Origin: Chiloscyllium plagiosum
Taxonomy: Eukaryota
Direction: 5' to 3'
DNA: 64,000 bases
NCBI RefSeq assembly: GCF_004010195.1
Contig: NC_057721.1
Coordinates: forward strand, 41,805,964-41,869,963
Shown: piece after piece, positions 53,801-64,000 of the stretch
How the letters are laid out: the number at the start of each line of letters is the position of its first letter
Numbering within the stretch: the first letter of the stretch is position 1
Made by a program: the position numbers and the translations under genes
The notes under the pieces: generated by a model
What the model saw: only the letters and a program-made list of their open reading frames with translations
What the model was told of the DNA's origin: nothing
Database searches by the model: none

Positions 53801-56005
53801 GCTTGGGTGAAGTCTTTATAGGATGGGGAAAGGTTCTCTCCAGTGGCCCTCTTGCTGCGGTCATCACCAGTGGGGTACGATCAAGCAATTTTAACATTTT
53901 CAGGGGCAGCCGGCAGGGCTGTCCCCTCTCCCCACTGCTTTTTACTTTGGTGATTGAACCATTGGCGGAGGCCATTCATGGGGATCCCAATATACCAGCT
54001 TCAGAAATGGGGTCAAAATTACATAAGATTTCATTGTATGTGGATGATGTCCTCATTTTTTTGTCAAATTCCAGCAGTTTCAGTGCCTTGTCTGATGGGG
54101 TACAAGATTAATTTTGCAAAATCAGAGGCTATGCCTGTGGATGGTCTTACAAAGGTGCTAGGTCTTGAGGGTGAATATCGATACCCACTCAGGTGGTCAC
54201 GGGGTCAGGGGGGGGGAGGTTTTGTGTATTTGGGCATATTCATTATGCCAGTTCTGGATCAGTTGTTCAAAGCCAATTTTGTTCAATTATTTGACAAAAT
54301 CGAGCAAGACCTTCAAAGATGGGAGGCGCTTCTGTCTCATGGTTGGATCAGATAGCAATTACTAAGATGAATATACTCCCCTGTTTGCTCTATCCTAAAC
54401 GGATATTCCCACTGATTTTCAATAAGCAAACATCCAGGAGGCCGAATGGCTGGTTCAGCTCCTTTATTTGGCATCGTAAGCAGCCCCTCGTTAAATTAGC
54501 TAAACTGCTATTGCCTCACAGATTGGGGGGAGTGGATCTTCCGGACATTAAAAACTACGAACTAAGCTCACTTTTTTGTTTTATGTGGGCGATTGGGTTT
54601 GTGGGGATTGTCATTCAATATGGCTAGATATCAAAGCCTCCCACGCAAGATACCCCCTTACCAGTTTGCTGTTTTAGGACAAAATGAGGGCAGTTAGGGA
54701 ATATTACCATAACCCAATCGTCATCAATGCTGTTAAAGCATGGAAGGCAATTCAGTAGAGGGAAGGCAATATTGGCAAAACATCGTTTTTTACGCCTTTA
54801 GTGGGTATGTCAGGTTTTCAACCAGGGATGACAGATTCAAGATTTAAACATTGGGCAGCCAGGGGTGTGTCTTGCATAGGCAATTTATTTGAGGGAGACT
54901 TAATGATGTTCTTCGATCAGTTAGTACCGAAATACGAGCTGTCTAATGGATCTCTTTCGTTTTTTTTCCAAATTAGGGATTTTATTTAAAAAAAAGATTA
55001 CATTTTTGACCCCTAAGAATCCGGCATAGAAAGCAGGGTGCTCAATGCTAAGAGTGCACTTTCTGTCAGCACTTAATATCATCAACTGGGGAGTGGCCCC
55101 TCAGATGAATTCGATCGACTCTGCAGGGTGTGGGAGAGAGCTAGGCATTGAGGTCTCCTCAGAGGCATGGGACGATATTTGGAAAAATGCAGGAAGATAT
55201 CAATTTGCAATAGGACCCATGCTTTACAGTTGAAAATTCTCCACAGGGTCCACTTGGCTCTGGACCGTTTGTCAAAATTTAAACCAGGGATATCTTCAGC
55301 ATCTTCCCAAGTGCAAGGTCTGCACGGGCACTCTTACCCATTGTCTCTGGTCTTGTTGTAGGCTTCAAACATACTGGAGTGCTGTGGCAGGTGCAATGGA
55401 GAGGATTTTGGGTATATGGATGGAGAAGGGCCCTATCTCTCTCCTTCTGGACCTGTCCACTGTATTTCCTGCAGACATCCATAAGAAAAAACTTTTCTGT
55501 ATCCTCACTTTCTGTGCAAAAAAGAATATCTTGCTAGGTTGGGTGTCCAAAAACCCCCCGGGCCTGTTGGGTCGGTGGAAGATTGTTATTGAGCATATTC
55601 CCCTGGATTTTCTCACAAATATGATCCACCGCAAATCTGAGAATTTTTATAAGACATGGTAGCCCTTTTTGGAATACCTTGACATTGATGTATCTGCCGC
55701 ACTAATAAGGGCTTTTATACAGCCATAACAATTGTGTTTTACAAGTCCAATGTCTGGGGAGGAGAAACTGTGAACATATGAGTGCCTTGTTTGGCTGAGC
55801 TGAGTTATTACTATTTATTAGTTTGTTGTTAGTTATTTAATTAACTAGCGAGTTTGTTTTTTTTGTTCTATATTTTTCTATATATGTTCATATGTTTGTA
55901 CAGGAGGGTGGGTTGGGTTTTTTTGTACTGTTTTGTTATATTGTTTTGTATTTGTTATAATGTTAAAAAATCTAATTTTTCAATTAAAATATATTAAGAA
56001 AAATA
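50810..56005 (+). mobile_element. Near full-length but inactivated L1-clade LINE (ORF1, APE endonuclease, RT, C-terminal Cys region)
   Basis: ORF1 DDLENTGRRKNIRIISLPEGKE; ORF2 from 51809 WNIRG..LLQETH, GSRQGCPLSPLLF..SLYVDDVL; many stops and frameshifts; T-rich 3' UTR and A-rich end. Confidence 0.9.
52380..52512 (-). mobile_element. Third short element family with hammerhead-like core, inserted in the L1 endonuclease region
   Basis: Reverse complement of 52475-52503: CTGATGA-A-GGAGC-GAT-GCTCT-GAAA-GCTA; interrupts L1 ORF2. Confidence 0.65.
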
Positions 56006-56279
56006 TTTTGAGGGGGTTTGGTCTGGTCCATAACGCCATGCAGCTCAGCATAACTTCAGGTACTGCACCACACCTTTCATTAGAAATTTTACAGCCTTTT
56101 GAACTCAACATTGACTTCAATAAATTCGGATCATAACCTCTTCTCCCTCATTTTTCAGACAGCTGTTGGTAATCCTGCTTTTCTCACTTTTGGATTATCT
56201 TGTCCATCTAAAATCTGAAACACAAAACAAAATACTGTGGAGCAAAAAAATCAAAATACAGCCCTAGGTCATTCTTCAA

Positions 56280-56990
56280 TTACCCCTCCCCTTCTAGCAG
56301 CCTCTTCACGTGAGCACGGTGATGTAACACTTGCAGTTCTATTGTCTCACTCATCATAATCCAAGACTCGAAATGCACCTTAGTGAAACACTAACATACA
56401 TGTGTTTTCAATGTATTTGCAGCTCTTAATGAACCTTGCTGTACAGTGGGGAGGTAAAATGCAAATTGATTGACTGCAGAACACCTAGATTCAACCCACA
56501 AGCCTGACCCCAGGCCTGCAATTGTATATCGTTAATTCTCCATGTTCTCATGATGTTTCTGTTCTCCGCCTCCTGCAATGTTTGAACGAGGCTCAAAGAG
56601 CAACACTTCATCTTTCAATTAACACTTTTCAGATCATTATCTCTGCCCCCATTTTGCTTCAAATTTCTTAGCTCAACTTGGTTAAGTCCTTCTGTTTTTG
56701 CTTTTCGATGATAGCTATTCCTTATTCTGCCACTCACCCTGCTCAAGGCATTTTTAAATCTCTCCCATTACCACTCTATTTCAGCTTACAACACCATTCC
56801 TTTTGTCATTTAATAGCCCCCTGCCTTTTACCCTATCACAGACTTCCCTTTTACTCTTTTTCTCAGCCCCCTCCTTATCACTTAAAACTAATTATATTTC
56901 TAAACTTACCCTCTTCTGAAAAAAGGTCATAGACCTGAAACATTAACAGTGCTTTTGTCTCTGGATTTCCAGCAATAGCTGTATTTTTTT
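56280..56990 (+). mobile_element. Degenerate Penelope-like element 3' end (GIY-YIG remnant plus terminal hammerhead-like motif)
   Basis: Broken LY.GE.K..L.D and EQH.IF.L-like coding remnants; CTGAAAA-A-AGGTC-ATA-GACCT-GAAAC-ATTA at 56916-56945. Confidence 0.55.
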
Positions 56991-58510
56991 GGAGAAAGTG
57001 AGGAGATTTTTAAATAAAGCTTTATGTTTAAAACTTGACAAAACTGTTTTGCGGATGTCCTATAGTGAAACGGTAGCCTGCCTGATGAAATGCCACAGTT
57101 TCAGTCCTATTCCATACAATGAAGGTGCAATTGTAATATGGCAAAAGAAGTTGATGAGCAACCATAAATCCTTCCTACGTAAGTCAGTGGCAGCTGGTGA
57201 GAGGAGTCTCTCTTCTCTGATGGAACCATAAGAAATAGGAGCACATGCGGGCCATTTGGCCTCTTGAGTCTGCTGTACTATTCAATAAGATCGTGGTTGA
57301 TGTGACTTTGCTCACATCCACTTTCTTACATTTTCCCCATTTACATTTGATTCTCATACTGATCAAGAATCTATCTGTCTCAGCCTTAAATATACACAAG
57401 GACTGCTGGGAAAAAATTGAAATCTCTACCCTTAGTAACTATGACTCCAGGCTACAACACTCTAAATATATGTTGCCAAAGCAACTTGGATCTGGTCAGC
57501 TGGCTGGCCAGGGTTGATTAGATTGGTGCCAGCAGTAGTTGGGTTGAGTCCTGTTCTGGCTGGGGTGCATTTGGCACCTGCTTCCTTGTCCTAGCTGTGC
57601 TGGAGATGGTTATGCTGTCGGTCAGATCTGTCTCCAGGCAGAGGACTTGAAAGGAAAAGAACATTTTTAATTGACCAAGGTTGCGAAGTGAAAAGAGAGA
57701 GATAAACCAACAGACTCAATCAACTTTATGTTTACAATTCAGACAAATTTGTGTTTTGCAAATTAACTCTGAGCTTCCATAACACTTAACTGAGACTGTT
57801 CTGCTGACTGGTGATGAATTCATTTCAGCAAATGGCTTATCATAGCCTAAAATACCACACTTTGTACAGGTAAAGTTGCCATAGTCTGACTAGACCACAG
57901 GGCTCATTAAGAGAGATAACTGGTGGTGGTTTAACCTATGGATCACCGCACCTCAGACAAGGGGAGAGGTTGAGAAGGAGAGTCCTTCATTGTAACCTCA
58001 GTCAGTGCCAGAACTGAATCCAAACTGTTGGCATTCCTCTCCATCACGAGCCTGCCAACTGATCTAACCGACCCTCACTTTAGAAGTGTGCTGGAAGCAC
58101 AGAAGTAGGATTTCAATCTTCAAATACTTTGGAAAGCAAAATGTTCTTTTATTTGCACAGCTGCAGTGGGTAAGTTAAACATTAATTGAATGTTTAATTT
58201 TGAATGAAAAAAACTTAAGCATATGATGTAACTCTTTTCCTACAATCTATAATATAAAACAAGAACTTGCTTCATCCAAAACGACTGCTTAGTCCTGTTA
58301 CGTGCCCAACAAACGCACATTTCCCAAAGAAAGATGGGGCCCCATGTTGCATACCAGGTGTTAGCACCTTTTATATTGTTTGGACATATCTGTGGTTTAC
58401 TTAAGGGAGTGGTACAGGAGCCTGATAGCAGCCACAGGGGCTCATAAGAGAAGAATGTGTGCTTCCCACAATATTTCACAGTCTTTGTAATGGGCTAAAG
58501 CTCACAGTTT

Positions 58511-59010
58511 NNNNNNNNNNNNNNNNNNNNNNNNNNNNNNNNNNNNNNNNNNNNNNNNNNNNNNNNNNNNNNNNNNNNNNNNNNNNNNNNNNNNNNNNNN
58601 NNNNNNNNNNNNNNNNNNNNNNNNNNNNNNNNNNNNNNNNNNNNNNNNNNNNNNNNNNNNNNNNNNNNNNNNNNNNNNNNNNNNNNNNNNNNNNNNNNNN
58701 NNNNNNNNNNNNNNNNNNNNNNNNNNNNNNNNNNNNNNNNNNNNNNNNNNNNNNNNNNNNNNNNNNNNNNNNNNNNNNNNNNNNNNNNNNNNNNNNNNNN
58801 NNNNNNNNNNNNNNNNNNNNNNNNNNNNNNNNNNNNNNNNNNNNNNNNNNNNNNNNNNNNNNNNNNNNNNNNNNNNNNNNNNNNNNNNNNNNNNNNNNNN
58901 NNNNNNNNNNNNNNNNNNNNNNNNNNNNNNNNNNNNNNNNNNNNNNNNNNNNNNNNNNNNNNNNNNNNNNNNNNNNNNNNNNNNNNNNNNNNNNNNNNNN
59001 NNNNNNNNNN
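58511..59010. other. Assembly gap (500 N)
   Basis: Run of N. Confidence 1.
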
Positions 59011-60472
59011 TGCTGAAGTCTCCATGTCGTTCTGCACATGTGTCAATGTCAGTGCTGAAGTTTCTGTGTCGTTCTGCATGTGTGTCGATGTCACTGCTGC
59101 AGTTTCCGTGTCGTTCTGCACGTGTGTAGATGTCACTGCTGAAGTTTCCGTGTCGGACCGCACTTGTGTTGATGTCAGTGCTGACGTTTTGTGTCGTTTT
59201 GCATGTGTGTCGATGTCAGTGCTGAAGTTTCCGTGTTGTTCTGCACGTGTGTCGATGTCAGTGCTGAAGTTTCCGTGTCGGACCGCACGTGTGTCGATGT
59301 CAGTGCTGAAGTTTCCGTGTTGTTCTGCACGTGTGTCGATGTCAGTGCTGAAGTTTCCGTGTCGGACCGCACGTGTGTTGATGTCAGTGCTGAAGTTTCC
59401 GTGTCATTTTGCATGTGTGTCGATGTCAGTGCTGAAGTTTCCGTGTCGTTTTGCATGTGTGTCGATTTCAGTGCTGAAGTTTCCGTGTCGTTCTGCACGT
59501 GTGTCGATGTCAGTGCTGAAGTTTCTGTGTCGGTCCGTACGTGTGTCGATGTCAGTGCTGAAGTTTTGGTGTCGTTCTGCATGTGTGTCGATGTCAGTGC
59601 TGAAGTTTCCGTGTTGTTCTGCACGTGTGTCGAAGTCAGTGCTGAAGTTTTCGTGTCGTTCTGCACGTGTTTGTCCATGTCAGTGCTGACGTTTCCGTGT
59701 CGTTCCACGCGTGTGTCCATGTCAGTGCTGAAGTGTATGTGTCGTTCTGCACGTGTGTCGATGTCAGGGCTGAACTTTCTGTGCCATTCTGCATGTGTGT
59801 CCATGTCAGTGCTGAAGTTTCCATGTCGTTCCGCACATGTGTCCGTGTCAGTGCTGAATTTTGTGTGTCGTTCCGCACGTGTGTCGATGTCAGTGCTGAA
59901 GTTTCTGTGTCGTTCTGCACGTGTGCCGATGTCAGTGCTGAAGTTTGTGTGCCGTTCTGCACCTGTGTCCATGTCATTGCTGAAGTTTCCGTGTCGCTCT
60001 GTTCGTGTGTAGATGCCGCTGCTGAAGTTTCTGTGTCATTCTGCACGTGTGTCAATGACAGTGCTGAAGGTTCTGTGTCGTCCTGCACGTGTGTCGATGA
60101 CAGTGCTGAAGTTTCCGTGTCGTTTTGCACATGTATCGATGTCAGTGCTGATGTTTCTGTGTTGTTCTGCATGTGTGTAGATGTCAGTGCTGAAGTTTCC
60201 ATGCGGTTCTGCACATGTGTAGATGTCAGTGCTGAAGTTTCCGTGCGGTTCTGCATGTGTGTCGATGTCAGTGCTGGAGTTTCTGTGCCGTTCCACACGT
60301 GTATCAATGACAGTGCTGAAGTTTCCGTGTCATTCTGCACATGTGTGTCAATGTCAGTGCTGAGGTTTCCGTGTCGTTGTGCATACTGTGTAGATGTCAG
60401 TGCTGAGGTTTCCGTGTCGTTCTGCACGTGTGTAGATATCAGTGCTGAAGTTTCCGTGTCGTTCTGCATGAG
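59011..60472. repeat. 42-bp tandem repeat (minisatellite), about 35 visible copies, running into the gap
   Basis: Unit tgtcagtgctgaagtttccgtgtcgttctgcacgtgtgtcga; 14-aa periodicity in the ORF track. Confidence 0.95.
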
Positions 60473-61199
60473 TGCCAATTTAACTGCCATCAGAGCCTGT
60501 GAGCAATGCATTGAGCAGCTTCATCTCAAAAATTATAACTAATGAATGTTCATTGCTCTCCCTCTGAGACAAGACTTTTCTTGTATAATTCCTAGAGAAG
60601 CCCTATATAATCCTTTCAGGACTGCATTACTCTTAAACTTACCGTTTGCCTTTCTAGTTTGTTCTTATGGTGATGATGATCCTCTTTCCCTGCATTCACA
60701 ATTTGTTTTCAAGGTCATGTGTTAAGTTTACTTTGTTTGTGTTAATAATTATGATTTAAGTCTTCATTCAAGAAGAGCTCTACTTTGCATTCGTGATCGT
60801 GAGGGTTATTTTTTGAGTGATCGTGAGGGTTATTTTTTGCTTGTCTGCCCCATCCCCACTTTTCCCATCGGCCCATTATTTCCATTAAGCGAGATTTCCG
60901 CTGGAATGCAACTATGGGGTTATAGGACAACTGCTTGTATTGTTGTGGAATTTGCTGCTGATCACGTAGAGATCTCTTACGGAAAATATCTGCCAATGAC
61001 TCATGCTCTGAGAGTAGGTGGCTCATATTTACACAGAGTCTTGCGACAGGTGATCTGTTATTTGATGTTCTCATGGATGTGGTGTAGGTAGCAAGATAAA
61101 GGTCTAACCCCCCGGTGACTGGAGCAGGACTGCAAACTCAGATTTCAAGTAAAGCAGGACAAGTCTGTGCAAAACGATTTATTTGGCCTGGACGACAGC

Positions 61200-61327
61200 A
61201 TGAAGTGCTGCTGCCCACTCCTGCTGTTAATTTCATGTCTCCTCCAGGGCGGATTGTCAGTGAACAGGCTGCACCATTTGGCTGCTGTAGAAATCAATTG
61301 GACTTATTCCGGAAACAAGGGAGAAAG
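61200..61327 (+). CDS. Coagulation factor V-like (F5/F8 A-domain family) exon 1: signal peptide and start of A1
   Basis: MKCCCPLLLLISCLLQGGLS-VNRLHHLAAVEINWTYSG resembles F5 RQFYVAAQGISWSY / F8 RRYYLGAVELSWDY; phase-2 donor GTACAT. Confidence 0.78.
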
Positions 61328-61569
61328 GTACATCTCCACAACTAAACAGCATTCAATTATTGATTCTGGGGACTTTGTTTAAGCCTGTTCCTTACCAGTC
61401 AATCTTTGTTGAAACGTTTATTATGACTTTTCCAAACTTAACCCATCGGCCAGTGATTTTGATTTTCCCCCACATATCGTTAAATTGTTTCAGTCATTAC
61501 ATTTGTGGTGCTCATTCATTGTTTGCCTTTTTAAGGCTAAATTAATATTTCTGAATGGCATGTTTTCAG

Positions 61570-61661
61570 TTCTGCTGAAATGGACACCTATGACAAGATT
61601 GTTTACAAGGAGTACCATGACGCTGACTTTACCAGAGAAAAGCCTGGCCCAGACTGGAGAG
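61570..61661 (+). CDS. Factor V-like exon 2
   Basis: 92-nt AG/GT exon SAEMDTYDKIVYKEYHDADFTREKPGPDWRG, resembling F5 FKKIVYREY..FKKEKP and F8 KPRPPWMG. Confidence 0.85.
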
Positions 61662-61809
61662 GTAACTTATTAAAATGTGATCAAATATGCTGAAAAATCA
61701 AGCGATGCTCCCTGAGTTAAAATTTGTTATTGCTATTTCCTACAATTGATTTTATATTTAGATTTTGATTACAATTTGCTTTTGCAATCTCTCATTTTAC
61801 TTGTTGCAG

Positions 61810-61932
61810 GGTTGATGGGTCCCACTCTACGAGCAGAAGTAGGAGATATTTTACAGATCCATTTCAAGAACAAGGCTCCTTATCCTTTCAACATTCGTCC
61901 ACAGGGAATAATGAATGGACAATCAGCTGTTG
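61810..61932 (+). CDS. Factor V-like exon 3; gene continues off the right edge
   Basis: 123-nt AG/GTAAG exon GLMGPTLRAEVGDILQIHFKNKAPYPFNIRPQGI, resembling F5 [34 protein letters not shown]. Confidence 0.88.
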
Positions 61933-62324
61933 GTAAGATTGGATTTGACCCTTGAGCAATATGTTCCAAGTGGATAATTCAATGGGGGGTGGGTATCTTG
62001 TGTTGCAATGGTAATGTTCGTTCCTTACAGCCTGGAGACCTAGGTTTAAGTTCAATCTGCTATAGAGGTATGTAGTAACATGCATGATCAAGTTAATTAG
62101 ATGTATCTCGAGTTCTATGGTAGAGCCCCTGACACTAATTACAATAACTGGAATTCAGTCAGTATTTTTTGGAGAATGAGTATTGGAGTATTTTTAATTA
62201 AGATCTTAACATTTTACAAATCTTCATCTATTTTTCAAAAAGTTGGATTCAGTAGACTTTGCTTACATAGTTCACTGTGAGGAACTTGGGTATCAAATGT
62301 ATATTTTTAAAATTAGAGTCAATT

Positions 62325-62458
62325 CTCATTCCTGATGGTGGGCTTATGCCTAAAATGTCGACTCTCCTGCTCCTCGGTTGCTGCCTGACACGCTGTGCTT
62401 TTCCAGCACCACACTTTTTGACTCTGATCTCCAGCATCTGCAGCCCTCACTTTCACCC
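62325..62458 (+). mobile_element. Degenerate Penelope-derived element (first family)
   Basis: cattcctgatggtgggcttatgcctaaaatgtcgactctcctgctcc...ccagcatctgcag. Confidence 0.65.
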
Positions 62459-62609
62459 AGTGTCAAATTCTTCCCAAGCTCCAAAATTGCTGAAGCTATA
62501 TGCTGGGATCATTCATTAAAAAAAACTGAATTTGACGTTGATTTTTTTTGTGGGCATTGACATCTTTGGAACCTGAAACCAAACGTAAGTTGGTAGAGTT
62601 GCAGTCCAG

Positions 62610-63200
62610 AAAACCATAAGATATGGGAAGAGATGAAGTCCATTTGGCCCATTAAATCTGCTCTATCATTCAGTGGCTGATGTGATAATCCTCAACTCCA
62701 CTTTCCTGCCTTTTCCCATCCCCATAACCCTCAATTCCCTGACTGATTAATGGCTAAGGAATTCAACAAATTCAGTAACTTCTGAGGCAAGTTTTCCTGA
62801 TCTCTTCCTAACTGGGTGACCCCTTTATTCTGAGATTATGCTCTCTGGTCCTAGATTCCTTGATAAAATGAAACAGCCATTCTGCATCCATCCTGTCAAG
62901 TCCCCTAAGAATCTTGAATGTTTCAATAATATAATCTCATTCTCCTAAATTTCAGGCCCAACCCACGCCACTTCATAAGATGATTTCTTCATATCTGGAA
63001 TCAGCCCAGTGAACTTTCTCTAGACTGCCTCCAATGCTAGTAAACCTTTTCTTTGCTAAAGGGATCAGAACAGTTCTCAGTATTCAAGATGTGGTCTAAA
63101 TAGTGTCTTGTATAGTGTTTGTCCTACTGTTATACTCCCATTTCTTTGAAGTAAAGGCCAACATTTCTCATGCCTTCTCTACTACCTGTTGAACTTGGAT
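62610..63200 (-). mobile_element. CR1-like LINE 3' fragment
   Basis: ccataagatatggga tail and CR1 body on the reverse strand. Confidence 0.6.
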
Positions 63201-64000
63201 CCTTCAAATGGTTATACCTTTTCATTTCTTCCATCCCTTTCTTTCTGCCAACATCCCTTACCTAACACCCCAGTGAGTTTCTGATCTTTGACATGGTATT
63301 AATTAGTGATACTGAATAGAAGGAAGGCCTACAGAGGAAATTACACAATAATGATTTGGTTTACTTACTAGCTTCACTATTTTTCAGGTGAGGAATCAAA
63401 GGCAGTAAGGTATCTTATGCATCAAAACTATCAAGATAAAAGAAGGGCAATTGTGGGAAAACAACATAAAAATACTAAGATTTTAAAATTATAAAACCAT
63501 GTTTAGATATAAATTCATTTCTGTTTTGTTTCATTATAATCTGGAGTGTTGTGCCAGCTTTTGTGCTCAATTAAAATATTAAAACTATTGGAATCTTGCA
63601 ATTCAACAATATGTTTGAGCATTGACAATTTATAAGGCTAAACCTACAGAAGTCCATAAATAGGCATTTGTTGAACCATGAACCTGTAAACACTGCTGGC
63701 AGGATTGTGCAATTTACATAGAAGTGCCTTATTTCTATATAAACACATGGACACTAACACGCACACACAAAAAAAACTTTGATTCCTGGCCCATTTGCAG
63801 AAACAAGTAGCAGTCAATTCTGTCAAACAGAATAGTTTTCAAATGTACTGATCTGCATTTTTTACAATACAGTATTCTTAATTTCAGAAATGGCAATTAA
63901 AGTGAAATTTTGGGATTTTATTTTGAAAATCTCGGCTATCATCAGGTGAATATTGGCAACATTCTGGGCCACTAAATACACTTAACTTGGATCCATGCTG

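Noticed and set aside
58459-59163. ORFs spanning X runs
   Set aside because: Artefacts of the 500-N assembly gap.
59011-60472. CRISPR-like regular repeat array
   Set aside because: Units are contiguous with no unique spacers, and the context is eukaryotic with no cas genes.
59024-60542. Long Thr/Ser-rich or Cys/Val-rich ORFs (220-290 aa) resembling mucins or a factor V B-domain
   Set aside because: They are open in several frames on both strands because the 42-bp unit is a multiple of 3 with few stops; they lie upstream of the F5-like exon 1 and I see no splice support.
61200-61932. Assigning the symbol F5, F8, CP or HEPH
   Set aside because: Only three exons are visible and their features are mixed; orthology needs phylogeny and synteny.

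Overview
Vertebrate genomic DNA, repeat-rich and intron-dominated. The repeat content (abundant CR1 LINEs, HE1-like tRNA-derived SINEs, Penelope-derived elements) suggests a cartilaginous fish, probably a shark; this is inference. Three protein-coding genes can be read. (1) The 5' part of SLC35A5 on the - strand (coding exons 6941-6818 and 1590-1492, continuing off the left edge). (2) A complete ATG3 on the + strand, head-to-head with SLC35A5 across a CpG-rich promoter: 11 coding exons, 11718-47243, 315 aa, with a U12-type last intron. (3) After a 500-N assembly gap and a 42-bp satellite, the first three exons of a divergent coagulation factor V-like gene (61200-61932, continuing off the right edge). 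The most unusual observations are: a C2H2 zinc-finger ORF fused to a SINE 3' tail and inserted as one unit into an older CR1; an exact 5' half of tRNA-Lys(CTT) fused to a 5'-truncated CR1; several families of short Penelope-derived elements with minimal hammerhead-ribozyme cores, many hairpin-forming and with target-site duplications; and an F5-like gene that lacks the conserved A1 metal-ligand His and lies beside ATG3. Gene and repeat identifications are by recognition from memory, not database searches, and repeat boundaries are approximate.
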